64,000 bases of DNA from Phallusia mammillata. Its lineage: Eukaryota. The DNA lies in NCBI GenBank assembly GCA_965637545.1, contig OZ281500.1, positions 23,684,001-23,748,000 on the forward strand, written 5' to 3'. The translations under genes were made by a program, and so were the position numbers. Each line of letters begins with the position of its first letter. Within the stretch, counting starts at the first letter, position 1. This document shows positions 13,001 to 25,005 of this stretch, one piece after another. Under the pieces are notes generated by a model that was given only the letters and a program-made list of their open reading frames with translations, was not told the DNA's origin and searched no databases.

Positions 13001-16000
13001 CTGATAGAAAAAGCAATCGGAGGTATACGGCTGTTTTGTCACACCTAGTGGTAGATGCTTTGCCAGTGTTGAAGAGACTGGAAAAAATGAATGGTTTAAA
13101 AACATACAAGTCAGGCAACGGTGCTTGTGATTCGACTTTCGACAGGCTCACAACTGAGCCTTGCTGGAGCACAAGTCCCGGACAGACTCCAGTAGTTGGT
13201 TCGAATCCCACCGCAGGCTAGATTTTTTCTAGCATGTGCCTTGCCATATGTGAATGCTTGAGACCAACTTGATTTGGTATGACGCCTTTAATAGGCCTGG
13301 CGTATCATATGATTTATCAACGAGTATGCCGTGATCGCATAGACGCTTCAAGGCTGATCGTACTTATCTTGTACTTACCTTGGTTTAAAAGCCATCGAAA
13401 AAAATTAGTTAAAAAGTCCAGTGCTTCAATCATTTTTTTCTTTCCAGTCGGTTACGATGAATATGAATATATTCATACTGGGATCAGCCCTGAAGCGTAG
13501 ATTTTTCTAGCTTAGGCCTGGCGTACTTTGATTTAGTTTAAACGGTTCAATTTTCCCAATAAACAGCATTATGATATTATAAGTGTTTCGAAATGATTAG
13601 AAGTTTAACAGATTTTATAAAAGTTACGTCTTAGGTGGGCAACGAAGCATGCACTGTAGAATATTAGAAAATCTTACTTTGTTGATCGGACAAGTAAAGC
13701 CTTTGGTTGACTTTTGTTGAGTTAGTCTGAAAAAAAAATGTATTAGCTGCATAATTTACGAAAACATGTATAAGCGAAAATACATAGTTTAAGTCTTGAT
13801 CAGCACAACGCATATTGACATTAAAATTAAATGCAACCTGCTTTCGCGGACAATCCTAGTTTATAGAGTAAGACAAATAAGCTATGTTCAGTTTCTGGTT
13901 AGTTAAAAATCAGCAACACAGAAAATGTATTTTAGGCTTCGTATTTTGGCACAAATTAGTATCTAGACCAGTGGTTCTCAAACTTTTTTATTGTCGGGGC
14001 CAAATGGTAGACTTTTAAGTGTGTAAGGAGTCGCAAAAAAACAAAACCTCAGAACATCACTATAGATTATTTCCTTGAAAGCTAAAATAGCAATCTTTGG
14101 AGTTTTTTTGAGGTCTGGTGCGACCCGCAAAATGCGTAGTTGGGAGCCGCATGCGGCCCTGAGAGCCGCGTTTGAGAATCACTGATCTAGGTTTATTATT
14201 AAAAAACGAGCACGCTTTCCGACAGGAAGAGTTAACCAGTTCCATTTATACCTTGCTGCAATTGGCGCAATCTGATTCCCATGGAACTACCCAGCACGGC
14301 CCAGTAGCGCCATCTACCGGAAAGGTGAGATTAAGTGAAGGCGGAGACCTCATCACGTGATACATCGAACCCTTTGTTCCATTGTTCGGGGCAGCCGTAA
14401 TGTTCAGCAAATCTGAGCGTAAAAGATATGCTGGTTAGTTTAGTTGGAAAGTGTTACCGTACCAAAATCTACAAAATGGTTCTAAAATTGTGGCCCATTG
14501 CCCAGCATTATGCCTTTTCAATGTCTCAAAAAAAGTTGGGCTTGTATATCTAGTGATATTGTAAGATAAAATAAGCTGGAAGGGATGGAGGGTTATGTTT
14601 CTTCTAGAAGTACACAATCAAATACATAAACTAATTTGTGTATGCGTGCAAGATAAAGGCCTACCGGTTAGTTCGCAAATAAACATTACATAAATGAATT
14701 ATATAATTGTGTCGATATTTAGGTTTAAAATTCGAATAAAATATTTAATTATCCACAAATGATTGTGTTATGTAGGGCAAGAAATAAAACAGATTGATTA
14801 AAACAAACAAAACAACAATATAAGATATGTTTCGTTCAATAGAGATTTCGTATAAAGTCTACCTGCCATAAGATTGTACACCTCGATGTTTTCAAACGGT
14901 TCCGTGGAATTGTAATTCTGTTTGAAACCGGGTCCGTGTGCTGCAAATAATGCCTGAAACAGAATAATTTAAACTCGTATAAATTCAGTACAAATACAAT
15001 GTCAGGTTTTGGCAACATGATTTATTAAATTTGTGGCAGCAAACAGAAGCAGCAAAATTACAAAAGCGAGTATTTTGTCTAGCACAAAACCGATTGAACG
15101 TTAAGATTGTTCAATAAGCAAACAAAAAACACAGACGTTAAAAGTAGCTACTAAGAATGTTTTTTTTTGCTGATGTATAGCATGTAACAAATACATTTTA
15201 GGTTATTGTATAAATTAGAAACAAGCACATGTTGTTTTAACGATGATATTAACGTTTTTGTTCAAACTTTTGAGTAAAATGTATTTGTTACATGCTATAC
15301 ATCAGCAAAAAAAACATTCTTAGTAGCTACTTTTAACGTCTGTGTTTTTTGTTTGCTTATTGAACAATCTTAACGTTCAATCGGTTTTGTGCTAGACAAA
15401 ATACTCGCTTTTGTAATTTTGCTGCTTCTGTTTGCTGCCACAAATTTAATAAATCATGTTGCCAAAAATTCAACAAGTGACCTCACATGTATTATTTTAA
15501 AACCTATAAACTTTTGTTACTAGTTTACAAACAAACAACCCACTCACATGCATACTGGCGAATTCGGGATCAAACCCATGACTCCCTCCGTCGCATTTCG
15601 TGTAAGAACCTTTTTTGCTGAAAAAGAAACGCATCAAAAATAGTTTTGCTGTTTTACAATTTTACAATTATTTATCTTGCAGCCACCAAGGTTAAAAAGG
15701 AATAACAATACGTTCCCATAGTTTAACAATATTGAAATAGATGGCAATACAAATTAATAATTTAGATTTTCTCTAATTATGGAAACAGGTTTCCAGAGAA
15801 ACAGAATCAGTCGTTAAAGGTTTAAGAATATATATTTCGCCTATTGGCATCGTCAGTTCTGTAAAAGCGAGAAAAAAGCAACAATAAAATGAAGATAAAA
15901 CATCAACAGGCTAAAAACCAACACCCAAACCACTTCACAGGTGGAAAGGCGCTAACTGTACGCGTATGGGTCTGGCAAGCAATGACGCCCAAACCCGCGC

Positions 16001-19000
16001 ACCAATCAAGTCTTATCAGAGACGCGGATGAAACGCGCCTAGCATTCGAACGGGCACAATAGGAGATAAGAGGCAAAGGAGGGCGCAACGATAACGAAAG
16101 CAGATGAAACAACATAAACAAAATACAAAAATGCGACATACGAGGCAACCAATAAATTGACTATCTGATTTTAGACAGTATCATACGCTGAATGTAATTT
16201 AGATTTTGTTTTACTTTGATTTATAACGCGTTGTATGGTAAATTATAACTAGATTGTAGCAAATACAGATGAAAGACAAAAATTTGTATTTATACAGACT
16301 TTAATTTGTCTACAAAAAACTTTTCTCACCCTTCAACGAGATAGGTGTCGTCCATTAAAAGAATGACGTCATCGATCCTTTGGTTGTTCGCGTAATGGAA
16401 ACGTTTCGGAAGATATTCGTCTTTCAGGAAGGCCTAGAAATACCAAAAATACCAAACTTAACCGAAAGTAGAATTCTGAATTTTTAAATTCCAGAACCAG
16501 ACGATAATTCATCAAATTCATCAATTTTTGATTTTCTGAAAATTACAAAGACTTTGTTTAACATATCATTATTATTATTTAATATTATTTTGTATTATTT
16601 GTTCAATATATTTTTTTTTATTTTTTTGTTTACATATAAACTAATATGGATAAAAACAATAACAAAAATCAGCATTCCGGGGAATTAAAACTGTAGCATT
16701 TTCGTTTCGCCGTCATTGTTTGGTAACAATCTGATCATTTGCCCACTTGATTGATAAAAATAAACATTGTGACATCACAAACACAATTATGACACTGACC
16801 TGCCAATGCGCCTCCTTCCGTTTGCATTTTAATTTCTCATAAACTTGAGTTACATTGTAGCTCGCTTCAGCCACCGGATCAAGGTTGCTCCCAACACGAC
16901 CAGCTGACCCACTTTTAACGAAATACTTGGAGGCGTCGACCCCAAATTTTTCGATGCTCGTCAACCGACTGCATTTGACAGGCGACATTCCTACAGCAAA
17001 ATAAAATACATAAATAAAAATTTAATCTGTAAAGACAGAGAAGAACAGTTGAGATTAGCCCTGAAGCGTCGATGCAAACCAGTGATCACAGCAAATTTCA
17101 AAGCAGGCAACGGTGCTTGTGATTCAACTTGCGACGGGTTCTCCACTGAGCCTGCGTAGCATCGTGGGTCGAATCCCACCACAGGCTAGATTTTTTTAGC
17201 CTACGCCTTGCCGTATGGTGAATGCTTGGTGACTGGCTGATTCGGCACAATGCTTTCGATTGGCCTGGCGTACAGTGATTTGTTAATAAGGTTAAAAATT
17301 GTAGAGAACGACAGACCTGCTAAAAACATTATTAGTTCAACTAAAAAATAGCGTACAATAATATCACTGTTACCCTGCCTAGCAGAACAAAAAATAAAAA
17401 AAGACCTGCAAGAAATATTACTAATTACAAAAGATAAGGGCCTGGCAAAAAGGGTTTTATTACCAGATAAGGGTATTATTACCAAATAAGGGTTTTATTA
17501 CTAAACAAAACGTACAAAGAACTGCAAGAGGTATTACCTAAAAATGTTTATTAGATAATCTTTTTAACGTTTACCGTGATCTGCGAGCATTATAATGTTG
17601 ACGCAATTCAGGAGCCCTCGGTCTCTCAGTCCGTTCATTAATATTCCAACCATGGTATCTGCTGTCTTGAGGGTTTTATCAAAACCCGACCGTACTGGTC
17701 CGTATTTGTGCCCGGCAGAATCGAGAATGGAAATGTACAAAGTAATGAATGATGGTCTGCAAGGGGTAAAGATATTGCATATATTAAAAAAAATTCTCCA
17801 GCGGTTTCCCAAAATTTGGACTTGCAACTACAACTACAGTTTTTGGTATTTAAATGAAACACTTGCGTTCTCTTAAAACTACTTAGCGGTCACCCAAACC
17901 AAACCTTAAAAAAACCCTGACTGGGTATGTTATGGTTGTTAAGACTTTCAAAGGTTATTTTATCCAAAAAATCTACAATATCCAGCAGTTGGTATGGAGT
18001 TTTGGACACGAAAATAACAAACTTGCACGTGAAAGCAGATGTATAAGCTATTGCTGCCAGGCATAATATCAAATTTATAGAGCTCTTCTGGCAGGTAACC
18101 CATTGGGAATACTTATCTTTTTACTTAACCCAAAACATTGTTATGTCGTTAATAAATGTTGATGAAAAGTTGAATTAAATTTTTAATTACCGCTGTCCCG
18201 TGGGCAAATCCAACCAATCAAGTGCTTGATACATTCTCTCTTCGTTCGGTACGCTTCCGTCATATTTAAAATAATAATCGGGATATCTTGTTATGTTGAC
18301 GTCAGAGCCTGGCCAGAAATAGGTGGCGCTCTTGAGGCCCTGGTTACTGGCAGTCACCCAAATCTGGAATTGTCAAAACAAAATAATGCAAAATGAAACA
18401 GAAAAATTGGTTTGCATAAAAATCATAGATGAAAAAGGGAAACTAAGTAAAATGAAATTGTAAATCAGATTAAATTACGCTTTATGAATAGGTTTCATAT
18501 AGTTTACGCCAAGCATATATTAAAGGCGTTATACCGAATAAAGCCGGTCACCAAGCTTTTCCACAAGGCAAGGCATATGGGCTAGAAACACGGTTTTAAA
18601 GCTTTGATACATTTTACACTGACAATAACAACAAACATTGTTAAAACATTAAAATGTTTAAAAGGCCAATTAAAATATTTAATCAAGCTTCTTCTAAAGA
18701 TAATGTCTAGTGCAGCTATAATAAAGTATGGCTATGATAAAAAAAACTCAAAAAATCACGACATTTTCCAAGTAACAATATTGCTGCTCTTATATTTCCA
18801 ACGCATAACAACTCACCGGTTCACCTTTCCACCAGTAAGGCTGAAACGACTCTTGGTTGCCAAGTCGAAATTTCTTCCTCAAAACACGATCAATCATTAC
18901 GTTGCCCACAATCCCACTGCTTTCAGGATATAGACCCTGGAATTGAAAAAAGTTACTGAGTCCAGAAAATCGTATGACATAAAATTGTACAATTGTATCA

Positions 19001-22000
19001 ATCCAACAGTGATGAAAAATTCTCAAAAAATAATGATCTTCAAAACAAAATTAAAATTCTGAAATAATCAACTAAATCGCGTTTTAATTTAATTTTCAAT
19101 GACCGTTTCAGTTCTTAAATTTTGACACATTTTTAAGTAACAACTATGCACATTTAATAATCCCAGTGGTGAGATTCAATTTTTTGTCAGTCTGGTTCTG
19201 TTACAAAAAATCCATTGACAGTAACCAGTAATGCTAACCAGTTCGCTGACCTCCTCTAATTTCGTGAGACGCTTTTATAGAACGGGTGCGAACCGGCTGA
19301 ATCCCACCACTGCTAATAACTGACATCAACCTTGAAGGGTTGATGCAGACCATCACGGCACAATCATATAAAATTCATAGTACTCTTGTTTTAGCGCAAT
19401 TGTGCTACCAGTTTTTTTAAGGGCTTGGTTAGTGTGTGCCAACTATACTTCCGAAAGATAGCAACAACACTTACCGTAGCAATTGTGTAGTGATTGGGAA
19501 ACGTCTTGGTTGGATAAACCGATCTCATATACGGGACGTGCACTCCACATGATGCTAAGAAACAAACGAAGATTGAATTTTAAAAGATTGTGGCGGAAAA
19601 ATTTATTAAAATTTCCCGTTTCAGAGCCTTTTAATTGACTGATGGTTTAAAGCAGTGGTTCCCAACCTGGGCCCATGCCCCCCTAGGGGGGCCCACGAGC
19701 TGTGTTCCGGGGGGCCACGGGTGTAGATTCACTAGAAACACCCACTAAAAGCGATTTTCTTTCTAACTTTTTTTCCTAATTCAATCGACTATTTCACATA
19801 CTATTTGTCTATATTGAGGTTTTTCACGATTGCGGATTCTTGATTACACTATTAGACCTGTTTAAAGCCGAAATTAGTACCGAATTCCAACACGAGATTG
19901 CCTTTTACAAGGGGGCCACAGGTCCTTCAGGGTTACTTAAAGGGGGCCACGAGGCCAAAAAGTGACTTTTAGGGGGCCACGGTCCACCAAAGGTTGGGAA
20001 CCACTGGTTTAAAGTATAACTCAAGAAAGTTCTAAGTTTAAAATATTTGTCGAAAATCTGAGAAAAAGAACGTGCACTCCTTTTGAAAGGTGGCTATTGA
20101 AAAAATGCTTTCTCAAGCTTCGATAAAACACAACAAAATTGCCGTGTTGGGCGCACCAAAGCAAACCTCCACAAATGGGGCTTCGTACAAGATGCATATT
20201 GTAAATGTGGCCTAGAAACTCAAACGATGGACCATATATTATCCCGCTGCCCTCTTGGCCCAGCATGCGCTGACCAATCTTTGAGGGACATCACGGAAGA
20301 GGCCCTCACCTGGCTCCAGCACTGGCGTGACAAGCTATGATGAACAAAATTGTAGATCCTACAATAACTGTTACGTTTAGTAAAACATAATCATTAAGTT
20401 AATGGTGTTTATTTTAGCATTTTTTTATTCACCAAGTTTGTGAATGTTAGGAGTCAATTCCCTGTACAGATATTCGGCTTTAAAACCGTCGATTGAAAAT
20501 AATATCACGGGAGGAATTTCGAATCTAGAAATAATCAATTGTTCAGTGTTATTGTGCGGTCACAATGAAAACAAACAAAGATTTATAGCTGCTTTATTCA
20601 GCCCTTTGCCGTTTTAAATGTTGTTTGACTTTGAAGTTTGAAGCAAGATTTAAGAACACGTTTACATAAATAAATATATATATGTACCATTCTAACAGTT
20701 TTGCTTAACGAACCCAAGTTATTCGCTGTTGTGGTGATTTGTTTTTCAATTAACTATAACTTGTAGATTTAACCGCGGATCATTTGCACTTTGACCTAAT
20801 TCACTTACCCTGCAGGGCATTTTTGTTCAATTCCTTTGTTGCAAGCTTCTTTCGACCATGGTAGTTTGTCTACAATACATAACAAGTTAATTGTTTAATG
20901 CAAAATTACAAACGTGCAGTAAAAACTAAAACACTTATTTCAACGATAATAGTACCAGTAATACATAAGCGTTTGGACAATTATATCATATATGTTTCAC
21001 GATCTAAAGTTCTAACCCAGGGTCGGCAACCCTTGACACGCGTGCCATGGTTGGCAGACGAGGTGGTTTTTCATGGCACGCCCACCGATTTGCGTGTTAA
21101 TATTGAAGTAACAAATTAACCTGTTACACTGCTTGTTTATAGTTTTTATCATGCCATTGTCTTAATTCAGCCTTACATGTACAAAACACTCTGCTTTCTC
21201 TTTATTATTGATATCTGCTGGCACCAACCACTATTATTTAGAAAAACTTTGGCACGTTTTTTTTAACACATGGAAACAACAAGTAAATTAGCACGCGTCG
21301 CCCAAAACGTTGTCGACCCCCTGTTCTAAACCCTATTGGCAGAAACAGGGCAAATGAATTGATTTATTATCAAAATTTCCCTTTCCCCAAGCTAAAAGTC
21401 AGTCTCATTACTTTTAGCCTTTGTTAATCTTTTTTGAACTGTCCATAAAGTTAACATTTCCTAAGTCTTTTAACGCTTCCACATGGGGCCACGTTTTTAT
21501 ATTAACCGGCCAGTACGTACAGTTTCGTGACAGGATAAAATGCTGTAAAATTTTCCGGCCATATGCGCAATTTCCAGTATAATTGCCAAAATAAAGATTA
21601 TCTTACTTAAGCAAGTTTCTTGATAGTCTGCGCAGCAGTTTTTGGCGGCAAGACAAGTATTTCTACAATCACATCGTTCTCTTGTAACGTTACATTGTCC
21701 TTTGCAGAAATATCTCTCAGTTTCTGCATAAAAACACATAAATTAAGGTGTTTTCATCAGCATTTACAGTTAAAACTTTAGACACAATAGGCAGTTTTGT
21801 CGTCACAATGCATATTGACGTCACACAGGTCATCGCAAAAAACAATTATCACATTTAGTGCTAAGATATAATAACTGCCTAATTGTAAATATTACATTTT
21901 CCCTACAATGTATTGATGCTACACTATAAGGCTCTTTGTGACTAACCATTCACTTTACAAAGAGTGTTAAAATCATCACAGCAATTGTTGTATCTTGAAC

Positions 22001-23912
22001 AGGCAGTATTGCATTGACATTTATTTTGTGGATTGTATTTCGATTTGCATCTTCCTTGACATGACAAAGATGTTGAAGGTGTCTGTGCACCTGAAAAAAA
22101 GTAGTATACCAGATCAAAATACAGCAGCAACAATGAAAAATCATAAAATACTTGACTAACGTAAGAATATTATTTGTATCAGTTCTTTTGTATGAAAATG
22201 TTCATTAAAAAAGCAGATCGGTTGAGTGTTTAAGCCAGGAAGACGGTTAAGAGTTGTAAAAAAACAGTAAAATATACCTGTTCCAGCTGTACAAAGTGAG
22301 TTAAAATCTCCACAGCAATTGTTATATCTTGGACAAGCTGTATTGCACTGACATTTATTATTCTTGTTATATTTCGAATTGCATCTTCCTTGGCATGACA
22401 GAGAAGTAGAAGGTGTCTGTGCCGCTGTGAAAAAGTAAATTACTAAATCTAAATACAGCAATAACTATGAAAAAACAATCGAATACGTTACTGATTGTTG
22501 GCATATTATTTGTACCATCTTTTGCACAAAAAAATTGATTTAAAAAAGCAGACGGTTATGGGGTTTATGGAAATGCAACAGAACATGCCTGTTCTAGCTT
22601 TGCAAAGAGAGTTAAAGTCTCCACAGCAATCTTTAAATTTTGAACAAGCTGTATTGCACTGGCATTTGTTATTCTTGTTAAATCTCGAATTGCATCTTCC
22701 TTGGCAGGTTAGTGAAGTTTCTGGCGAATTGTCTAAAAAATAACGAACTGTCGACATACATATATTACTAGGTTCCCCTTAAACGCCCTGAAGACCAGCG
22801 ATCACGGTACATTCAGTGGTGGGATTCAGCCGGTTCGCACCAGTTCTATAGAGCCGCCTCAAGGAATTTTATAAGATCAGCGAACCGGTTAGCATTACTG
22901 GTTACTGTCAATGGCATTTTTGTAACAGAACCGGCTGAAAAATATCACTTTTGTGATAGATCCGGCTGAGAAAAAAATTGAATCCCACCACTGGGTATAT
23001 TCATATATAAATCAAAGGAATACTTAAAGTCCATCATGATTAAAAACAAGAACTTGACAAAAAGAATTTTATTGTATTGAAACAAATTTAACAGGGGGTA
23101 AAGTTGTTGTTGTTTTTTTGTTTTTAGTACCCGGTTAATATTTTGTGTTTATTTACATTTTACAGCATGTTTAAATTTGCTACACGAAAGCGGTACTGCA
23201 TTCGTGATTTAATGACCGCTTTACGGGCCAGCATGACGCCAACAGTTCCGCAACACGAAGAAAAGTGGATCACTATATATTGGTGACTTCAAACATGAAG
23301 CCGTCGCGAAACTGGTTTAAAGAAAATGATTGATGTTCATGTTTACATGGTTTGTACCCTGGACACGAGTTGTAAGTGGGGGCCGGATTTAAGCTTGATC
23401 AAAACGGGTTTGATTCGGGGCTGACTTCACACTATATAGGGCATATTTGTGTCGTAAATCCACATTAATATAAACAAACTTTCGGGTCGTATGTTAAAAA
23501 CCCATCGGGCTCGCACACGCTTACAGGTCCACCAGGCGGTATTTCAAACATTTGTAGCTGGCTATAATCTGTTTAATTGTAATTGCATTTATAGCAAAAA
23601 CAAGAAAATAAACTTTTTTCGCTAACAAGTGAGTTTATTTGATTTTCATTTCTACTGAAATCTCAACAAGCGTTACTGAAACACCTCACTTCAATAAATG
23701 ACCAATACACCAACGCCAAAATCCGGAACAATAAAAATTCTCAATACTTAACTGTTTGATTGGCTTTCCGCTGACTGAATTACCAGCACGGTAAAGACCA
23801 ATGTTCCGAACATTAGAGCTCGCAGGGTTCCCTGAAAACGAAAACACAGTAGTTAAACTAATGCACAACAAACATTGCAAACGAAACACACTCTTACCTG
23901 AAAACTCAACAT
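10071..23912 (-). CDS. ENPP-B: complete ENPP1/3-like gene with signal peptide, 4 SMB domains, PDE, nuclease-like domain and C-terminal GPI-like tail
   Basis: Exons: 23898-23912 (MLSFQ); 23753-23831 ([26 protein letters not shown]); SMB 22589-22732, 22278-22424, 21947-22090, 21607-21723; ~20809-20870; ~20433-20523 (SIDGF); ~19476-19555 (PTKTFPNH); ~18820-18939; ~18192-18364; ~17575-17758 (LDSAGH, ADHG); ~16797-16992; ~16329-16432; ~15547-15617 (GSHGFD); ~14864-14954 ([16 protein letters not shown]); ~14252-14412 (APNNGT); ~13678-13726; ~12925-13079 (HLPLG); ~12735-12849; ~12188-12265; ~11165-11297 (EF-hand DYDHNGISD); ~10925-11097 (PTHYY); 10071-10366 ([12 protein letters not shown]...stop). 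Most junctions were checked and keep frame. Confidence 0.93.
11312..11389. repeat. 78-bp hairpin (32-bp arms, 2 mismatches)
   Basis: AAGCTGCATACAGTGCACACTGTTTCGACCTA ... TAGGTCGAAACAGTGTGCACAGTCTGCAGCTT. Confidence 0.85.
13110..13352 (+). mobile_element. tRNA-derived SINE-like repeat; other pieces at 17057-17275, 19326-19375, 22783-22813, ~35060-35095, ~37690-37725, ~45945-46010 and ~61365-61445
   Basis: B-box-like GGTTCGAATCCC followed by a shared body (..AGGCCTGGCGTAC..) and tail (..GCCGTGATCGC..GACGCTTCAGGG). It is dispersed in both orientations and has no complete cloverleaf. Confidence 0.65.
13969..14184. mobile_element. hAT-type MITE; an inverted partial copy lies at ~53543-53640
   Basis: TIR CAGTGGTTCTCAAAC, TSD ATCTAGAC/ATCTAGGT, shared GCCGCATGCGGC core. 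Confidence 0.75.
15007..15467. repeat. ~193-bp near-perfect inverted repeat with a 74-bp spacer, inside an ENPP-B intron
   Basis: 15007-15200 is the reverse complement of 15275-15467, apart from a 1-nt difference in a poly-T/A run. Confidence 0.92.
19653..20006. mobile_element. hAT (Buster/Charlie-like) MITE
   Basis: TIR CAGTGGTTCCCAACCT, perfect TSD GTTTAAAG, internal GGGGGCCAC repeats. Confidence 0.85.
20142..20343 (+). mobile_element. 5'-truncated non-LTR retrotransposon 3' end (C-terminal CCHC module; RTE-X/I-group-like)
   Basis: Open frame ..[50 protein letters not shown] followed by a TGATGA tail. It is flanked by a perfect 9-bp direct repeat ACAAAATTG (20133-20141, 20344-20352). The clade assignment is from motif recall. 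Confidence 0.8.
21018..21323. mobile_element. hAT-type MITE
   Basis: Termini CAGGGTCGGCAACC / GTTGTCGACCCCCTG, TSD TTCTAACC/TTCTAAAC (7/8). A similar left end occurs at 33117. Confidence 0.72.
21940..22760 (-). repeat. Tandem triplication of an SMB exon plus flanking intron (~320-bp period)
   Basis: Three exons encode [36 protein letters not shown], and the adjacent intron sequence is also recognisably similar. Confidence 0.9.
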
Positions 23913-25005
23913 CGCAATTTTCTGCCTTTACCTTACACTATAGAAGTTTTCGATAACTTTGTTGCAAGAAAACGGCTGCATTTGCCGGATGTCACGACTT
24001 GTAGCCCGTTTACACCAAACTGGTCCTCAGCAAAGAGCGTCGTTGCATGTGAAATCTTAAGGCTGCCTTTTTTCTTTTTGTTACGCGCCAAAACATGATT
24101 TCATGCAATAAGCTTCCAAATTGCCCGAGAATACGCTAATTGCACCACTTCCATTTTGGATGTTTGGTGCTCGACACGCGAATTTGTTAAAATGTGTAAT
24201 GACGAAGCGAAAATTGCCAAAATCAACGACCCGAGTAGGTTTTTAAAGAAACATTCCAAACTAATTGTTAAAAACAACTTATAAAAGTAAAAACTTAAAA
24301 ATAAGCAAGACTGATACCTAAAATGCAAATAGCCTTTACCACCCAGGCAAAAACTTAGCATTTTAACCAGTTTTGTAAACAAAACTTTCTAAAAGCTAAA
24401 CTATACATTGTCGTAAATATAAGAAGAACCCACTTTTTTAGTTTCCGTGTTTATACACCGCCAGCATCCATTACAATTTGGTCGAAAAACAACGCAACAA
24501 AGAAAATTGCACCGTACGCAGCCGTTCGCACAAACACAAAAAACATTTCACCGCATGAAAAGAACGACCACAAAATAACAGCGGCTTTTTGCAAATTTCC
24601 TACAAATTCTGAGACGTGGAAAAAATTGTTCATATAACTTATCGAGTTTTCAGTGGACTTCTCCCGCTAGGAGTCGTAGTGGCAACGGGAGTTCTCACTT
24701 AAATGGAGTTTGAGTTTAAGACCCAATCTAGTCGTTTGTTTTTTGTAACAAAAGGGACATTTGCAACTTTTTAGTTCACTAGCTGTCCAGACGTTTCGTT
24801 GTTGCATTTCCTAATTGCAATATAATACTTAAAATCACAAACTGCGTTATCGGGGACATTTTCCGTTTTTCCAATAAAAAAAACTAAACCCTGCAACCAA
24901 ACGCTGTGTTAAAACCGATTCCCGAAATAAAACGATAAAATGCCATCACGAGATCGCAAACTGACCAATCACAGAGCGCAGAGCTCGACCAATAGGAGCA
25001 GTGGA

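Noticed and set aside
13190-13215. tRNA gene suggested by GGTTCGAATCCC (similar boxes at ~7115, ~17168 and ~52511)
   Set aside because: No full cloverleaf, and the box is embedded in dispersed repeat sequence, so it is treated as a SINE head.
15880-16150. GC-richer intronic stretch with a ~50-codon open frame
   Set aside because: No recognisable motif, splice context or TSD; cannot be supported as a gene or element.
21940-22760. CRISPR-like or satellite array
   Set aside because: The units are duplicated coding exons with splice sites in a eukaryotic gene.
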